The position numbers and the translations under genes are program-made. 64,000 bases of DNA from IMG/VR virus record IMGVR_UViG_3300001687_000010. The stretch is one strand, 5' to 3'. Of the stretch, positions 8,801 through 17,756 are shown piece by piece; positions within the stretch are counted from its first letter, which is position 1, and each line of letters begins with the position of its first letter. The notes below the pieces were generated by a model, which ran no database searches, was not told the DNA's origin, and worked only from the letters and a program-made list of their open reading frames with translations. Source of the stretch: a virus (Duplodnaviria > Heunggongvirae > Uroviricota > Caudoviricetes).

Positions 8801-11800
8801 TTATCATGGTTATTCCAACCTTCTCCATCCGTCCATGAGGTGTAACTATATGTAATTGATTGTTCTGGGCCTAATTCATTCGGATTCCAACCGTATGCGG
8901 TAATTGAATTACCACCATATTCATAAAGGTTAACTCCGGGTGCGCCTGCGGATATTACAAGGTTGCCACCGGCATTAACTAAAAACGATTGACCGGCTGA
9001 AATCCATATATCGTTAGTTGTATTTGATATTACAAGGTCATCAATAACGGATGCTTCTTGGCCGATAAATAAATCAGCTCTGGCTCCTGCTAAATCATCA
9101 GATATGGAAACCTTTCTTTCTAAAAATCTCCATGTATGAGATGTTGCCTCATAACGCAATGAATCTGTTTTGATATCAGGGCCTAATGTTAAATCTGCAC
9201 GAGGTGACACTAACGCCGTACCAATATGATAATAGTCAACTATACTATCTTCAGTTGATGAATTATAAACAAGCAACCTACTACCAGTTTTACTTGCGCC
9301 GCCATATAAATATATTTGAGATGAAGAAACACCATCCTGTCCCAAAGATAACTGTAAACCAGTGTTGCCGGGTGCTTTTAAATTAACAAGTCCACTACTG
9401 GCTGATACCCATATAGAATTGTTATTAGTGCTTCCTAATACAAGGTCACCGCCTATTGCGGTTTCATGGCCAATGTATATATAACCTTGTGCTTGATTAT
9501 CAGTATCATAAAACTCTAAACCTTTATTACCATAATCCCAATATGTACCGGCCATTTTTTGAGTTGCGCCATGATTTTCCCATAATACAACTTGATTTGT
9601 TACCGGACTGGTTTCTACATAAGAATTTCCAGTGGAACCAAAATGTATATCATTATTAGATGGGTCAATTTTAATCCATTGGTCTGTACCTGATTGTACA
9701 TAAAATTGCGGCCCGGAACCAACATCCCATCGTGCATATGTTCCGGTTTGATTTCCGATAATTAAAGAACTGGTATTACCATCAATAATTTGAGTAAAGC
9801 CAGTATCTGCATTATACCACGATACGTCAAATATGCCATTATCCATATTGATTGTGGTTTGTTGACCTGCTACTCCAGTTCCGGCTGATAGCCATAAACC
9901 ATTTGTGCTTATTAATACAAGGTCATTTGCAACAGCAGGTTCTTTACCATAAATCATACCATCATCTTGGTTTGTAATTGTAAAACCACGTCTTGTTGAA
10001 AGACGAGCCGTCCCACTATTGTATATCCATCCAATGCCAGAATTTATACCATCATGTTGAAGTTGAAAATTATTATTAGATGTTCGAAGTTGATAATAGG
10101 TTAAATTATTATCATAATGAGGCCAGAACCATATTGACGGCCCTGTACTATTACCAAGAGCTGAACCATATATGTTAATTTGACTTGAACTTTGTGGTCT
10201 TGCTGTTGGTATACCTATATTAAGTATACCTTGTCCATAATCGTTATCTACAGTAGGATGAAATACAGTTAAAGCTGTATCAGAAGAATTGGCAGCTGAA
10301 AGAGCCACAGAACCAACTTGACCAAATGGGTTAGAATGTAAATTATTAAATTCTAAATAACCAGCAGATACCAATATTCTATTATTAATATTAGTACCTA
10401 ATACAATATCATTATCAGATTTTAAAACGGTCGATTTGCCTATATTTTCATGTACAAATAAATGGCCTTTATTTCCTTTGGTATTTAATACAGATAGACC
10501 GCCCACTCTTGATTGTGATACTTTATTGTTTAAATGATATGATTCATTACCGGCGGAATTAAACCTTTTTAATGTATATAAATCAGCCGGTGTAGTTTCG
10601 TTATATGTAACTAATACTTCTGTTTCATATAAATATAAAGGTGCACCGCCGCCATTATAATGAAAGAAGTGCAATTGAAGATTGGCAACATCTGCCCAAG
10701 TCCAGTTTCCTGTTCCCGGCGCATTTGTATCATCTGTAATATCGTGATAATTTCCCCAAGTTGGCGGACCACCCCAATCGGGGTCAAGAGTTGTATCGAT
10801 AGCGGTTCCGGCATCAACACCATTAAAGTAAGGTGTACATGTGCTTGTTTGTCCACCTGTAAAATCGTTCTTCATAAATCTAATTTGAACTGAAACGATT
10901 TCACCAGACCCTGAACTATTATTTGTAGTTAATCTTAATTGTGTATTACTGCCACCCATGCTTGCATATGTAGATGTATTGTTATCAACAGCATTGCCCG
11001 GATTTGTAACACTACCCACAACAGTACCATAATCAGTCCATCTGAATGTATCTTGCATTTGGACTGTGTTTTCTTCGCCCAACCCATATATATTAATACC
11101 CGGTATACCGGCACTAACTATTAAATTTCCACCGGCACTGACTGTAAACGAATTATCAGAACTTCTGACCAATGCCCTATTGTTATTAGTGCCATCAGTT
11201 ATTCTATCATCATCAAATTCGGTTGTTATATTATCTATACGAGCATTTATAACTGCGTCATTATAATCTGAAGTAGCACTAAGAGAAGTTATTTGAGTAT
11301 TAGTATAAGACCTTAATTGATTATCTGCTTCAACTGAGGCTGCCGATACTGTTGATGCCTCAACTAAAAATGAATGGTAAGAATCAAGAGTAACATTATC
11401 ATTAAATTGACCACTTATTAACATAATTCTTCCATCAAAAACAACGGCTGAATTTGCCCCGGCATTAAACATTCCGGTTGGTAAACTATTACTATGCTGT
11501 GACCATGTTTTACCATCATCTGTATAATATACAGTGGTTTGACCTGTTGAGCCGTTAGTAGTTCCACCTATTACATAAAGCCTACCATTATAAACAATAC
11601 AATATGGATATTGTCGATTGGCTGGTAAGGTGCTTATTAGTGTCCATGTTCCGCCTTCATCATCAGAAACATATACTCTATCCGTAGCATCATTATTTCC
11701 GTCTGTGCCACCAATTAGCCATAATCTGTTTTTCCAATCAACAAGTCCTCCGCCATTCAATCCCGGTGTCGGATAAACAGGTAAATCACCTTCTGTCCAT

Positions 11801-12744
11801 GTTACGCCATCTTTGGTTTTTAAGAATTTAGTTGCATCTATGCCGCCTGCTTGTCCACCAGCTACAAATATTTTATTTCTATGAACGCAGTATGAGAAAA
11901 ACCTTCCGCCCGGAAAATTATTTGAAACAAGATTCCAATCTCTACCGTTTTCTGAATTATATACTCCAGTCGGAAATGAAAAATTAGTTAGCTGTCCACC
12001 AAATGTCCATAATTTATTATCAAAAGATAATAATGCGTTTTGTCTAATTTCACCTTGAGGTGCTTGAGCACCAGAAGCTTCTAATGTCCATGTTATACCA
12101 TCTTTAGATGAATATATATCACCAGATGTTGCGCCATCTACAAAAAAGGCATCCCATCCACCATAATTCCATATGCGATTATTAAATACTGTTACGGGGA
12201 ATTCAGCAGCTTCAGAAGGAAGTGATGCAATAGGCAATACATTGGTATGTTTAACCCATCGTCCAGTAAACTTACCTATAACCGATTCTGTATATGAATT
12301 ATCTTGAGGAGTATGTATACCAGCACATATTAAATGAGCATTTAAAGTTGAATTTAATTCTAAATCTGCATTTGAGCTTGCGGCACTTACAGAGGCAATT
12401 TGAGTATTTACCTGTAATATATCATTAGCATGAGCCGCACTTACAGAATTAATAGTAGAGTATATTTGTAAAACATCATTATCGTGAGCTGCGCTTACCG
12501 AAGCAATATCAGTATTATGGGCATCGGTTAATGCGGTTATATCGGCATCATGCGCCCCGCTTATCCATGCTATATTTAAAGTATTACCATCGACTTGTGC
12601 GCCGATAACACTTCCTGTATCTATATATGTGGCAATTTCCTGTACTGTGGTACGTCTGGTTACTCCCTTTTGTACCATTTCTATCAATTCCGCACCGGAT
12701 ATTGCTTGTCCTGCGGTCATTCCTGAAATTTTTAAATTAGCCAT
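5893..12744 (-). CDS. Giant tail fibre / receptor-binding protein (2283 aa) with Kelch propeller and duplicated modules
   Basis: MANLKISGMTAG tail-fibre-type N-terminus, coiled-coil, Kelch repeats (xxGG..Y/W spacing), two copies of a DITDDTNAPGTGNWTW domain, seven NDLV repeats, G/N/S/T-rich composition. Confidence 0.8.
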   Translation of the reverse strand: MANLKISGMTAGQAISGAELIEMVQKGVTRRTTVQEIATYIDTGSVIGAQVDGNTLNIAWISGAHDADITALTDAHNTDIASVSAAHDNDVLQIYSTINSVSAAHANDILQVNTQIASVSAASSNADLELNSTLNAHLICAGIHTPQDNSYTESVIGKFTGRWVKHTNVLPIASLPSEAAEFPVTVFNNRIWNYGGWDAFFVDGATSGDIYSSKDGITWTLEASGAQAPQGEIRQNALLSFDNKLWTFGGQLTNFSFPTGVYNSENGRDWNLVSNNFPGGRFFSYCVHRNKIFVAGGQAGGIDATKFLKTKDGVTWTEGDLPVYPTPGLNGGGLVDWKNRLWLIGGTDGNNDATDRVYVSDDEGGTWTLISTLPANRQYPYCIVYNGRLYVIGGTTNGSTGQTTVYYTDDGKTWSQHSNSLPTGMFNAGANSAVVFDGRIMLISGQFNDNVTLDSYHSFLVEASTVSAASVEADNQLRSYTNTQITSLSATSDYNDAVINARIDNITTEFDDDRITDGTNNNRALVRSSDNSFTVSAGGNLIVSAGIPGINIYGLGEENTVQMQDTFRWTDYGTVVGSVTNPGNAVDNNTSTYASMGGSNTQLRLTTNNSSGSGEIVSVQIRFMKNDFTGGQTSTCTPYFNGVDAGTAIDTTLDPDWGGPPTWGNYHDITDDTNAPGTGNWTWADVANLQLHFFHYNGGGAPLYLYETEVLVTYNETTPADLYTLKRFNSAGNESYHLNNKVSQSRVGGLSVLNTKGNKGHLFVHENIGKSTVLKSDNDIVLGTNINNRILVSAGYLEFNNLHSNPFGQVGSVALSAANSSDTALTVFHPTVDNDYGQGILNIGIPTARPQSSSQINIYGSALGNSTGPSIWFWPHYDNNLTYYQLRTSNNNFQLQHDGINSGIGWIYNSGTARLSTRRGFTITNQDDGMIYGKEPAVANDLVLISTNGLWLSAGTGVAGQQTTINMDNGIFDVSWYNADTGFTQIIDGNTSSLIIGNQTGTYARWDVGSGPQFYVQSGTDQWIKIDPSNNDIHFGSTGNSYVETSPVTNQVVLWENHGATQKMAGTYWDYGNKGLEFYDTDNQAQGYIYIGHETAIGGDLVLGSTNNNSIWVSASSGLVNLKAPGNTGLQLSLGQDGVSSSQIYLYGGASKTGSRLLVYNSSTEDSIVDYYHIGTALVSPRADLTLGPDIKTDSLRYEATSHTWRFLERKVSISDDLAGARADLFIGQEASVIDDLVISNTTNDIWISAGQSFLVNAGGNLVISAGAPGVNLYEYGGNSITAYGWNPNELGPEQSITYSYTSWTDGEGWNNHDNATDADEATYANSTSPGSYLILNGTPCDGTNLGTITKVEMRGLMTCVGFSVMNLQPRFGPGANDGTALNLSSGYNEYPTWMDWIDITDDTNAPGTGNWTWTDVQNLYLMFIVQSISAGDVRVNKAQIRITYAESGRYDKLMKLGPERGVQQYSGNSIVTRTRQGGLIVQNSNAVEGNVFVGKEPANANDLVVANTNNIWLSAGNTIYFGGTGGLDLSPASIFIGKDGANLNDLVIENTANDIHVSASVVNITNNASTTLNLGKSNGGVRGIFNVYGDGAKNGGQINIYTNQQVVNNYRLSSYTDDFNIGWNGENNLFFDNGEQTWQLWKGKLELNIGGTNPANLFIGQDGANLNDLVVASTNDIHLSAGEVHIPDGLSVGQDDTTQGIINVYGDAAETGGIIYLYNGADLDTYDYYVIRANGAFDIGYFDGEGITNLLSCDIDNQLFTISHNANIQGGTLNFISSSYMQIYRSGDNFIIENNRSGGLVQLIGNDSVYDRNIAIFDPQGTSYINSSLNVSAAGGSTTINVGGDDENRGILALYGGNSQSGGSLRIYMPADFDSDSEYFEIGAGYAGLFPYFTLGPNNDINALVYDVNSDYRRWIFGKDITTEQNIIISSPGELRWEDNIFISNDGAILNDLVVASTTNDIHVSANSGDIYLHTANTNQGVYIPGHVSIGSQTVDFGAAPAYGILLTAFESGSYSTGIWGVYGGVTNTSSGPTIQSTGLLFASDVGGTQFDEIQGANITANMSSENASGNLVLGVRATGAPTADYGQITDVIGLQGWANTGFGMVDYQATNYMAGNFRLFEYGTGEISVTNGYGILIETPGNGASTGVLQNLYGLYIQDQSTANSWVNKYNLYSAGANSTNVFEGRVIVEGSLSVSGGIDLPDNITGTATLTSGAISASIAFGVAQADTTYKIVTQLVNTVDNPPSVYSHVIYEKTTAGFKILFNGVLDSTNFELDWQLLR

Positions 12745-13218
12745 TTAATCTCCTACTGTGAAAAAGTCCCATTGGGTATTGGTAACTCTTATTTTCCCAT
12801 CCTCTGTTATTCTTGTTGCGTTCCCTTCGGTAATTCTTATATATCCACCCTCGGTTAATAACTCCCTAAACAATACATACATATACCATAGGGCTTTATA
12901 TTGGGAATTTTGATTTATGAATTCATGTTGGTCATGTCCGGTACTGTTTCGTTTACCTAAATATGAATCACCCGGTCCTTCTATACGGAACCATCCTTCT
13001 CGTACTTCTTGTTCTATACCGTCTTGTAAAAAAACCAAATCATCATAAAGGTCGTGGTCTATTACAAATTGTATCCAGTACCCGACTTCTGCGTTAGTTA
13101 ACCCTCTTACAAAGGTACTCCAATTTATAGTGGGGTCTGTCCATGAATCATCACGGGCTATACCGACTACACGGTCTCGTCCAATACCAGACCCGAATTT
13201 TGTACCTCTTATAGCCAC
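12745..13218 (-). CDS. Tail-associated structural protein (hypothetical)
   Basis: Abuts the fibre gene; C-terminal LLTEGGYIRITEGNATRITEDG motif is typical of proteins beside fibre genes. Confidence 0.6.
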   Translation of the reverse strand: MAIRGTKFGSGIGRDRVVGIARDDSWTDPTINWSTFVRGLTNAEVGYWIQFVIDHDLYDDLVFLQDGIEQEVREGWFRIEGPGDSYLGKRNSTGHDQHEFINQNSQYKALWYMYVLFRELLTEGGYIRITEGNATRITEDGKIRVTNTQWDFFTVGD

Positions 13219-13219
13219 T

Positions 13220-14353
13220 TTATACCTCTGCTAAAAAGCTTCTAATTTTTGTAAGATTATCTAATTGAACCGCACCGGCAATTTGCCCGCCCAATGAATA
13301 AATTTGATTATTAAATACAACAGGCTCAACTCCCACTCTATTTTGTGGATATGTTAAAGGAACTTCTTTCCATTTATTTCCTGTTGTATCCGATACATAA
13401 ATGGTATCTTTCATAACAGTTCCATTTCCAGTATATCCACCTAATGCCCATATCCTATTATTATAAACAACAGCTCCGAAAAAGCTTCTTGTTCCGGGCA
13501 TAGAATCATGTTGAGTCCATGTTATACCATCTGTACTGCTATAAACGGTTGATAATGGGTCATTGTTTTCATTACGTCCACCTATATACCATAGCTTATC
13601 TTGATAAACCAAAAGTTGCCCTAAATCTGTTCCCTTTCCATAAGTGGGGTCGTTTACCGGACCGGCATCTGTACCGACTTCAGTCCATACTCTACCATTG
13701 GTTGAAGTCCATACTTTTTTATAAGTGTTAACAGCATTTGAACCACCAACTATCCAGATTTTGCCTTGATATACAGTAGAGGTAAAATCATAATTATTAG
13801 TTACTCCGGTCATATCACCCAATAAAGTCCAATTTATACCATCTGTACTGCTATATGCTTTATTATTAAAAGCAGGGCCTGTGCCAATTCCGCCGAAAAC
13901 GTAAATAGTATCATTTAATACATGAGCACCGCCACCATATATACCACCTGATATTCCTGCGGAAGCCGTTTGTGTCCAATTTACTCCATCAGGGCTACTC
14001 CATACATCTGTTTTAGGAGTTGCGCCTTCTTTTCCACCTATGAGCCATATCTTACCGTTCCATACAAAAGCATGGCAATCATCTCTCGGAGTTGGTAATG
14101 CGCTATCAGTATCAGTTACGCTTGAGCATATCATAAACGTATCAAAACCGGCCTCAACGGTTTTATAATGTTGAGATTGTGATGCTAACGACATCATTCC
14201 GGTATCTATACGGAAAAACCCATCATTAACTTCGTTTTGTTGCCATGTTGGTAATTGTTTGTAACTATATTTCAAACCATGACTATTTTTATAAGTTCTC
14301 CATATAGCGAGTTGCTCAGAATTTAAGATATGTTTGCTGTTAATGTTACTCAT
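13220..14353 (-). CDS. Kelch-repeat beta-propeller protein
   Basis: About six Kelch blades (GKIWLIGG, IYVFGG, IWIVGG, LWYIGG, IWALGG, IYSLGG; VWSSPDGVNW). Confidence 0.85.
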   Translation of the reverse strand: MSNINSKHILNSEQLAIWRTYKNSHGLKYSYKQLPTWQQNEVNDGFFRIDTGMMSLASQSQHYKTVEAGFDTFMICSSVTDTDSALPTPRDDCHAFVWNGKIWLIGGKEGATPKTDVWSSPDGVNWTQTASAGISGGIYGGGAHVLNDTIYVFGGIGTGPAFNNKAYSSTDGINWTLLGDMTGVTNNYDFTSTVYQGKIWIVGGSNAVNTYKKVWTSTNGRVWTEVGTDAGPVNDPTYGKGTDLGQLLVYQDKLWYIGGRNENNDPLSTVYSSTDGITWTQHDSMPGTRSFFGAVVYNNRIWALGGYTGNGTVMKDTIYVSDTTGNKWKEVPLTYPQNRVGVEPVVFNNQIYSLGGQIAGAVQLDNLTKIRSFLAEV

Positions 14354-14389
14354 ATAACTTTCTCCTTTATTATTTTGAGTATCATTGTA

Positions 14390-14397
14390 TATTTATA
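14390..14397 (-). promoter_or_regulatory. T4-type late promoter TATAAATA
   Basis: Exact TATAAATA 37 nt upstream of the Kelch gene start. Confidence 0.75.
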
Positions 14398-14401
14398 TTT
14401 G

Positions 14402-14430
14402 TTTACAATTTATAATCATTATGTTATTAT
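14402..14430 (+). promoter_or_regulatory. sigma70-like early promoter, divergent from the late promoter
   Basis: TTTACA-N17-TATTAT. Confidence 0.65.
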
Positions 14431-14500
14431 GGGTATTATGTTTTTAGACACACGAGTAATACGAGCAAACTACCGAAATAAAATAGAACGGGAGGCTCGC

Positions 14501-14992
14501 ATGAGTCGAAATAATGAACCACGCCCATCGTGGAAATTGGAGATATTCTTAGTCGGTCAATTTCAATGGGATAGCTGTACTGATTTTTTTATTGCCGAAG
14601 AACATTTAATGTTATACCCGACTGTAAAGAACGAACTCAGTGTCGGCAGAATATGGTGGCAGCGGCTTCATTTAAAAAAACATATACAATTTAACCCGTT
14701 TTATGTTAAACCCGGAGTCGGGCATATGAAACGGGAAAATATTCGCAAGGATATAGAAGATAAACTTGCCGAACTTAATATAGACCCCGGAAAAGTTACG
14801 CCTTTTCAACAATGGGTACGTGATTTAAGGCAGTCATGGGAGATTGATATAAACGGCAAAAAAAGACCTATTCGCTTTACTGATGCGACCTTGGATAAAA
14901 TATATCGGAAGCTGACTATAAGCCCACAGGATGTAAGGGTATGGGTTGGTAAATGGAAGTTAGAGGGGTTAGAAATACCGTGGACCGCATAG
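14501..14992 (+). CDS. Hypothetical protein
   Basis: Part of track ORF 14330-14992; start moved to the ATG after SD GGAGG. Confidence 0.65.
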   Translation: MSRNNEPRPSWKLEIFLVGQFQWDSCTDFFIAEEHLMLYPTVKNELSVGRIWWQRLHLKKHIQFNPFYVKPGVGHMKRENIRKDIEDKLAELNIDPGKVTPFQQWVRDLRQSWEIDINGKKRPIRFTDATLDKIYRKLTISPQDVRVWVGKWKLEGLEIPWTA

Positions 14993-15139
14993 GAAGATTT
15001 ATACTTGTTTAATTAATGAAAAAATATTCACCAAGTCCATTAAGAAATAAAATCATAATTGCAAGCCATAGACGGTCTGGCAGTCATTTTTTTTTGGAGA
15101 TATTGCTGAAGGTCATCCCTGTACGAGTTATTAATCGGA

Positions 15140-15289
15140 TTACTTCGCTAAGTCTTTAATGGAACCATGACCGATATACTTTTTTTGCGCCTTTTTATCA
15201 GGGTCACCCCAGTATTGACGGTTTTTATCCTTATCCTTCTTTTTGGTTTTCTCGCCTAAAAGTTGTTCGATTCTTTCAACGATATCCAT
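15140..15289 (-). CDS. 49-aa basic putative internal head protein
   Basis: Not in the track. MDIVERIEQLLGEKTKKKDK..., SD GGGAG, TATAAATA at 15321-15328. Confidence 0.65.
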   Translation of the reverse strand: MDIVERIEQLLGEKTKKKDKDKNRQYWGDPDKKAQKKYIGHGSIKDLAK

Positions 15290-15320
15290 ATGTTTCTCCC
15301 CGATTAATATTCTCATATTA

Positions 15321-15362
15321 TATTTATATTTTAATTACATTTTTACTCAATTATGGTATAAT
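15321..15362. promoter_or_regulatory. Back-to-back late (minus, TATAAATA) and early (plus, ATTACA-N17-TATAAT) promoters
   Basis: tatttata at 15321-15328; ATTACA 15334-15339; TATAAT 15357-15362. Confidence 0.65.
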
Positions 15363-15390
15363 CATAAAATGAGATCGATAATGGGGAATA

Positions 15391-15915
15391 ATGATTGAAA
15401 AGTTTTCGCCTGAATTAAGCCTGCTGCAAACGATTTATATAAAGACGAGGTATGATAACATGGATGATGTATATGATAATATACACAGATTTATAAACAT
15501 GGATGATGTATTTGTTTACAGGAATGATGAATATTATAAAGATTCCGGTATGGCCAATGATACAAGGGTAAAAAAAATATATGGGGTTAATGACCTGTAT
15601 ACTGATTTTAGAATCGGGGATAAAGTCCGCATACTCAAAACTGGTGGTTTTTATAGCAGTTATTCTGCTATGGCAGGTGCGATGGGTTTGGTACATTGGA
15701 ATAAAGGTGACTGGTCGCTTGATTATCAAGAACTTATAAACTGCATTGGAAAAATAGAAAGTTTAAAAATTCATGAATCAAGAAATAGTATCGTTGCCGG
15801 AGTAACTCTTATAATGGCCCCGTTTAAAATTGGGTCACAGATTTTAATAGATGATAATTGTTTGGAGTTTGTAGAGCATAATGATTTTATTACAGATGAG
15901 GATATAGAAATATAA
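15391..15915 (+). CDS. Hypothetical protein, possible SH3/KOW-like domain
   Basis: FRIGDKVRIL motif. Confidence 0.6.
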   Translation: MIEKFSPELSLLQTIYIKTRYDNMDDVYDNIHRFINMDDVFVYRNDEYYKDSGMANDTRVKKIYGVNDLYTDFRIGDKVRILKTGGFYSSYSAMAGAMGLVHWNKGDWSLDYQELINCIGKIESLKIHESRNSIVAGVTLIMAPFKIGSQILIDDNCLEFVEHNDFITDEDIEI

Positions 15916-15926
15916 ATATATATGTT

Positions 15927-16112
15927 ATGGATAAATTGACGACACCGATGCGCCACTTCATTTTTTCAATCCAAAAGAAAGGTGCGTACTGGCATTATTT
16001 TATTGAGGACTTGGATGGGAATGTTTTAGGCATATCTGAAAAAAAATGGAAGACAAAAAAACCTGCTGAGAACGCAATTGAAAAAATTTATAAGCAAATG
16101 GTAAACTCTTAA
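15927..16112 (+). CDS. Hypothetical protein (YegP-like fold possible)
   Basis: YWHYFIEDLDGNVLGISEKKWKTKKPAENAI pattern. Confidence 0.5.
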   Translation: MDKLTTPMRHFIFSIQKKGAYWHYFIEDLDGNVLGISEKKWKTKKPAENAIEKIYKQMVNS

Positions 16113-16388
16113 TTGACGGGGCTTCACGGCGGATTATATCTACTCTCTAATGATTAGAATTACTTTTTAAAGAATGAATGATATTCGGTGAAAACTGACC
16201 CCGAAATTGGCGTTTTTGGAGGATCCCAGTGAATAACCGTAAGTACCCGAAATTATTACACCCGAGTCCCTATATAAGAGTATTACCCTGCCTTAGAAAG
16301 ACGATTGTGTGGCCTCTGACGGGGTCGGGTTTTTTCTGTAATAAAATAATATATTTACAACGCCGAATGGCGTTCAGTAAGTGAGGCT

Positions 16389-16595
16389 ATGAAATTTAGA
16401 CAATACATACTCGGCCCCGGTTTGGACGAGGCTTCTTATCGGGGCAATATTGGGTTTGAGGAGATGACCCAATTCTACAAAAAAGCCAACCCTAAACAAA
16501 TCAAGCAAATGGAGAAAATTCTGGATGCTTCAGATTGGGACGCATTCGTCCAGCTCATCCAGCAAGTGCTTGGTACACGCCTAAAAAAATCTTAA
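16389..16595 (+). CDS. Putative internal head protein
   Basis: MKFRQYIL...LDE N-terminus; SD GAGG. Confidence 0.6.
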   Translation: MKFRQYILGPGLDEASYRGNIGFEEMTQFYKKANPKQIKQMEKILDASDWDAFVQLIQQVLGTRLKKS

Positions 16596-16602
16596 TACCC
16601 TG

Positions 16603-16631
16603 TTTACATTTTTTAATCCATAGTATATAAT
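16603..16631 (+). promoter_or_regulatory. sigma70-like early promoter
   Basis: TTTACA-N17-TATAAT. Confidence 0.7.
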
Positions 16632-16962
16632 GGTGGCTATGTTTAATGGTACTGTAATATATCAACGTGGGAAACGTCTATTTAATTTAGGAGACCTTTA
16701 CCTTGACCTCGGCAAGGGTAAAAAGGATACGTTGTTTATAACACATATGAATTGGACGTTACGGTATAATATTAAACAACGTAAACAATTAGAAGGCAAT
16801 GGCCCTTTTGACCTAAATTATAGACCGCAAGATTTTATAACCATACAACAACTTGCTGAAGTATATGGCAAGAAATTCCGCAAAAGTTCATTAAAGAGGC
16901 TTTATGATTTTCTCGGCACTAAAAAAGTTTGGGTCCATATTAAAGAGCACAACTTCAAATAA
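16630..16962 (+). CDS. Hypothetical protein
   Basis: ORF track; the start is uncertain because it overlaps the -10 box. Confidence 0.5.
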   Translation: MVAMFNGTVIYQRGKRLFNLGDLYLDLGKGKKDTLFITHMNWTLRYNIKQRKQLEGNGPFDLNYRPQDFITIQQLAEVYGKKFRKSSLKRLYDFLGTKKVWVHIKEHNFK

Positions 16963-16972
16963 GGAGACTAAA

Positions 16973-17362
16973 ATGTATTTATGGGTCATTATTAGAAATG
17001 ATGACGATACCTTTACCGTGACTGAAATCGAAAATGGTACGGTTGTCTATGACGATGATGATGTTAACCTAATTACCGAAATTAAAGTCGGTAAATGGTG
17101 CGATATTTGTTTTGAAGAGGATGAGCCAGAAGGAGCGGCACCGGGTACAATAAAACGCCACCGTCTCCAGAATCGGGAAGAAGTAGAGCAAGTGCTTTCT
17201 GATTTTAATATGAAAATCGAAGATTTTGATACTGTATCTGATTTTGCCATAAGGTGCGGATTTAGTATTACACAATCTGCCGAAGACGATTTGACGCTAT
17301 GGGCGGCCGGTAAACAAGTATGGATTCATTATTATAAAAGCGATTTTGATACTGATGATTAA
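16973..17362 (+). CDS. Acidic hypothetical protein
   Basis: Start at MYLWV after SD AAGGAG. Confidence 0.65.
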   Translation: MYLWVIIRNDDDTFTVTEIENGTVVYDDDDVNLITEIKVGKWCDICFEEDEPEGAAPGTIKRHRLQNREEVEQVLSDFNMKIEDFDTVSDFAIRCGFSITQSAEDDLTLWAAGKQVWIHYYKSDFDTDD

Positions 17363-17672
17363 GGTATATATTACAAATAAGTCCACGGGCCGTCCATTAA
17401 AAAATGTGATAGCCCATCCACATCCAAGTAAACCGTCTATATCGTTAGAATATGAAAAGACTGATATAAGGATACGGGGCGTATGGGAAATTCTTCCTGT
17501 TGGTTATCTTAGGAGTAAAATCCCAACGAACCCACCTATGTATTCAATTGTATATCATCCCCACCTTGATAAGAATGCGATAGGGGATTATTATCTTAGA
17601 AAGGATTTTCATATTGCAGACGGTGACCGTTCCAATTCTATCCTGCCTGACGATTTATTTGAAATTTTTTAA
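17346..17672 (+). CDS. Hypothetical protein
   Basis: ORF track; ends ILPDDLFEIF. Confidence 0.55.
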   Translation: MILMIKVYITNKSTGRPLKNVIAHPHPSKPSISLEYEKTDIRIRGVWEILPVGYLRSKIPTNPPMYSIVYHPHLDKNAIGDYYLRKDFHIADGDRSNSILPDDLFEIF

Positions 17673-17721
17673 AAAAAAGCTAAAGTTTTCTCTTGACTTG
17701 CCAATAATTAGTATATAAGAT
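17670..17721 (+). promoter_or_regulatory. Strong early promoter, extended class (copy 1)
   Basis: A-tract + aagttttctcTTGACT-N17-TAAGAT. Confidence 0.75.
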
Positions 17722-17756
17722 AAAGGTAAACTAAAACACTAACGAAGGGAGTTAGT

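Larger units (their letters stand above)
4785..9960 (-). repeat. Dispersed ~70-bp / 24-aa repeat, 10 copies, consensus (I/V)GK(D/E)xAxxNDLV(V/I)xxTNDI(H/W)(L/V)SAG
   Basis: Core (a)caaggtc on the + strand near 4825, 5197, 5690, 6881, 7733, 8102, 8231, 9033, 9440 and 9917. Confidence 0.9.

Noticed and set aside
6020-11266. Many 60-130 aa ORFs in the track that overlap the fibre gene, and similar shadow ORFs over other long genes
   Set aside because: They are antisense or out-of-frame shadows without an SD or recognisable motifs.
5893-12744. Diversity-generating retroelement acting on the fibre
   Set aside because: No reverse transcriptase in the window, and repeat copies do not differ specifically at adenines.
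15095-15125. TTCAGCAA on the minus strand, resembling the R1-R3 motif
   Set aside because: No downstream complement that would form the 7-bp terminal stem.
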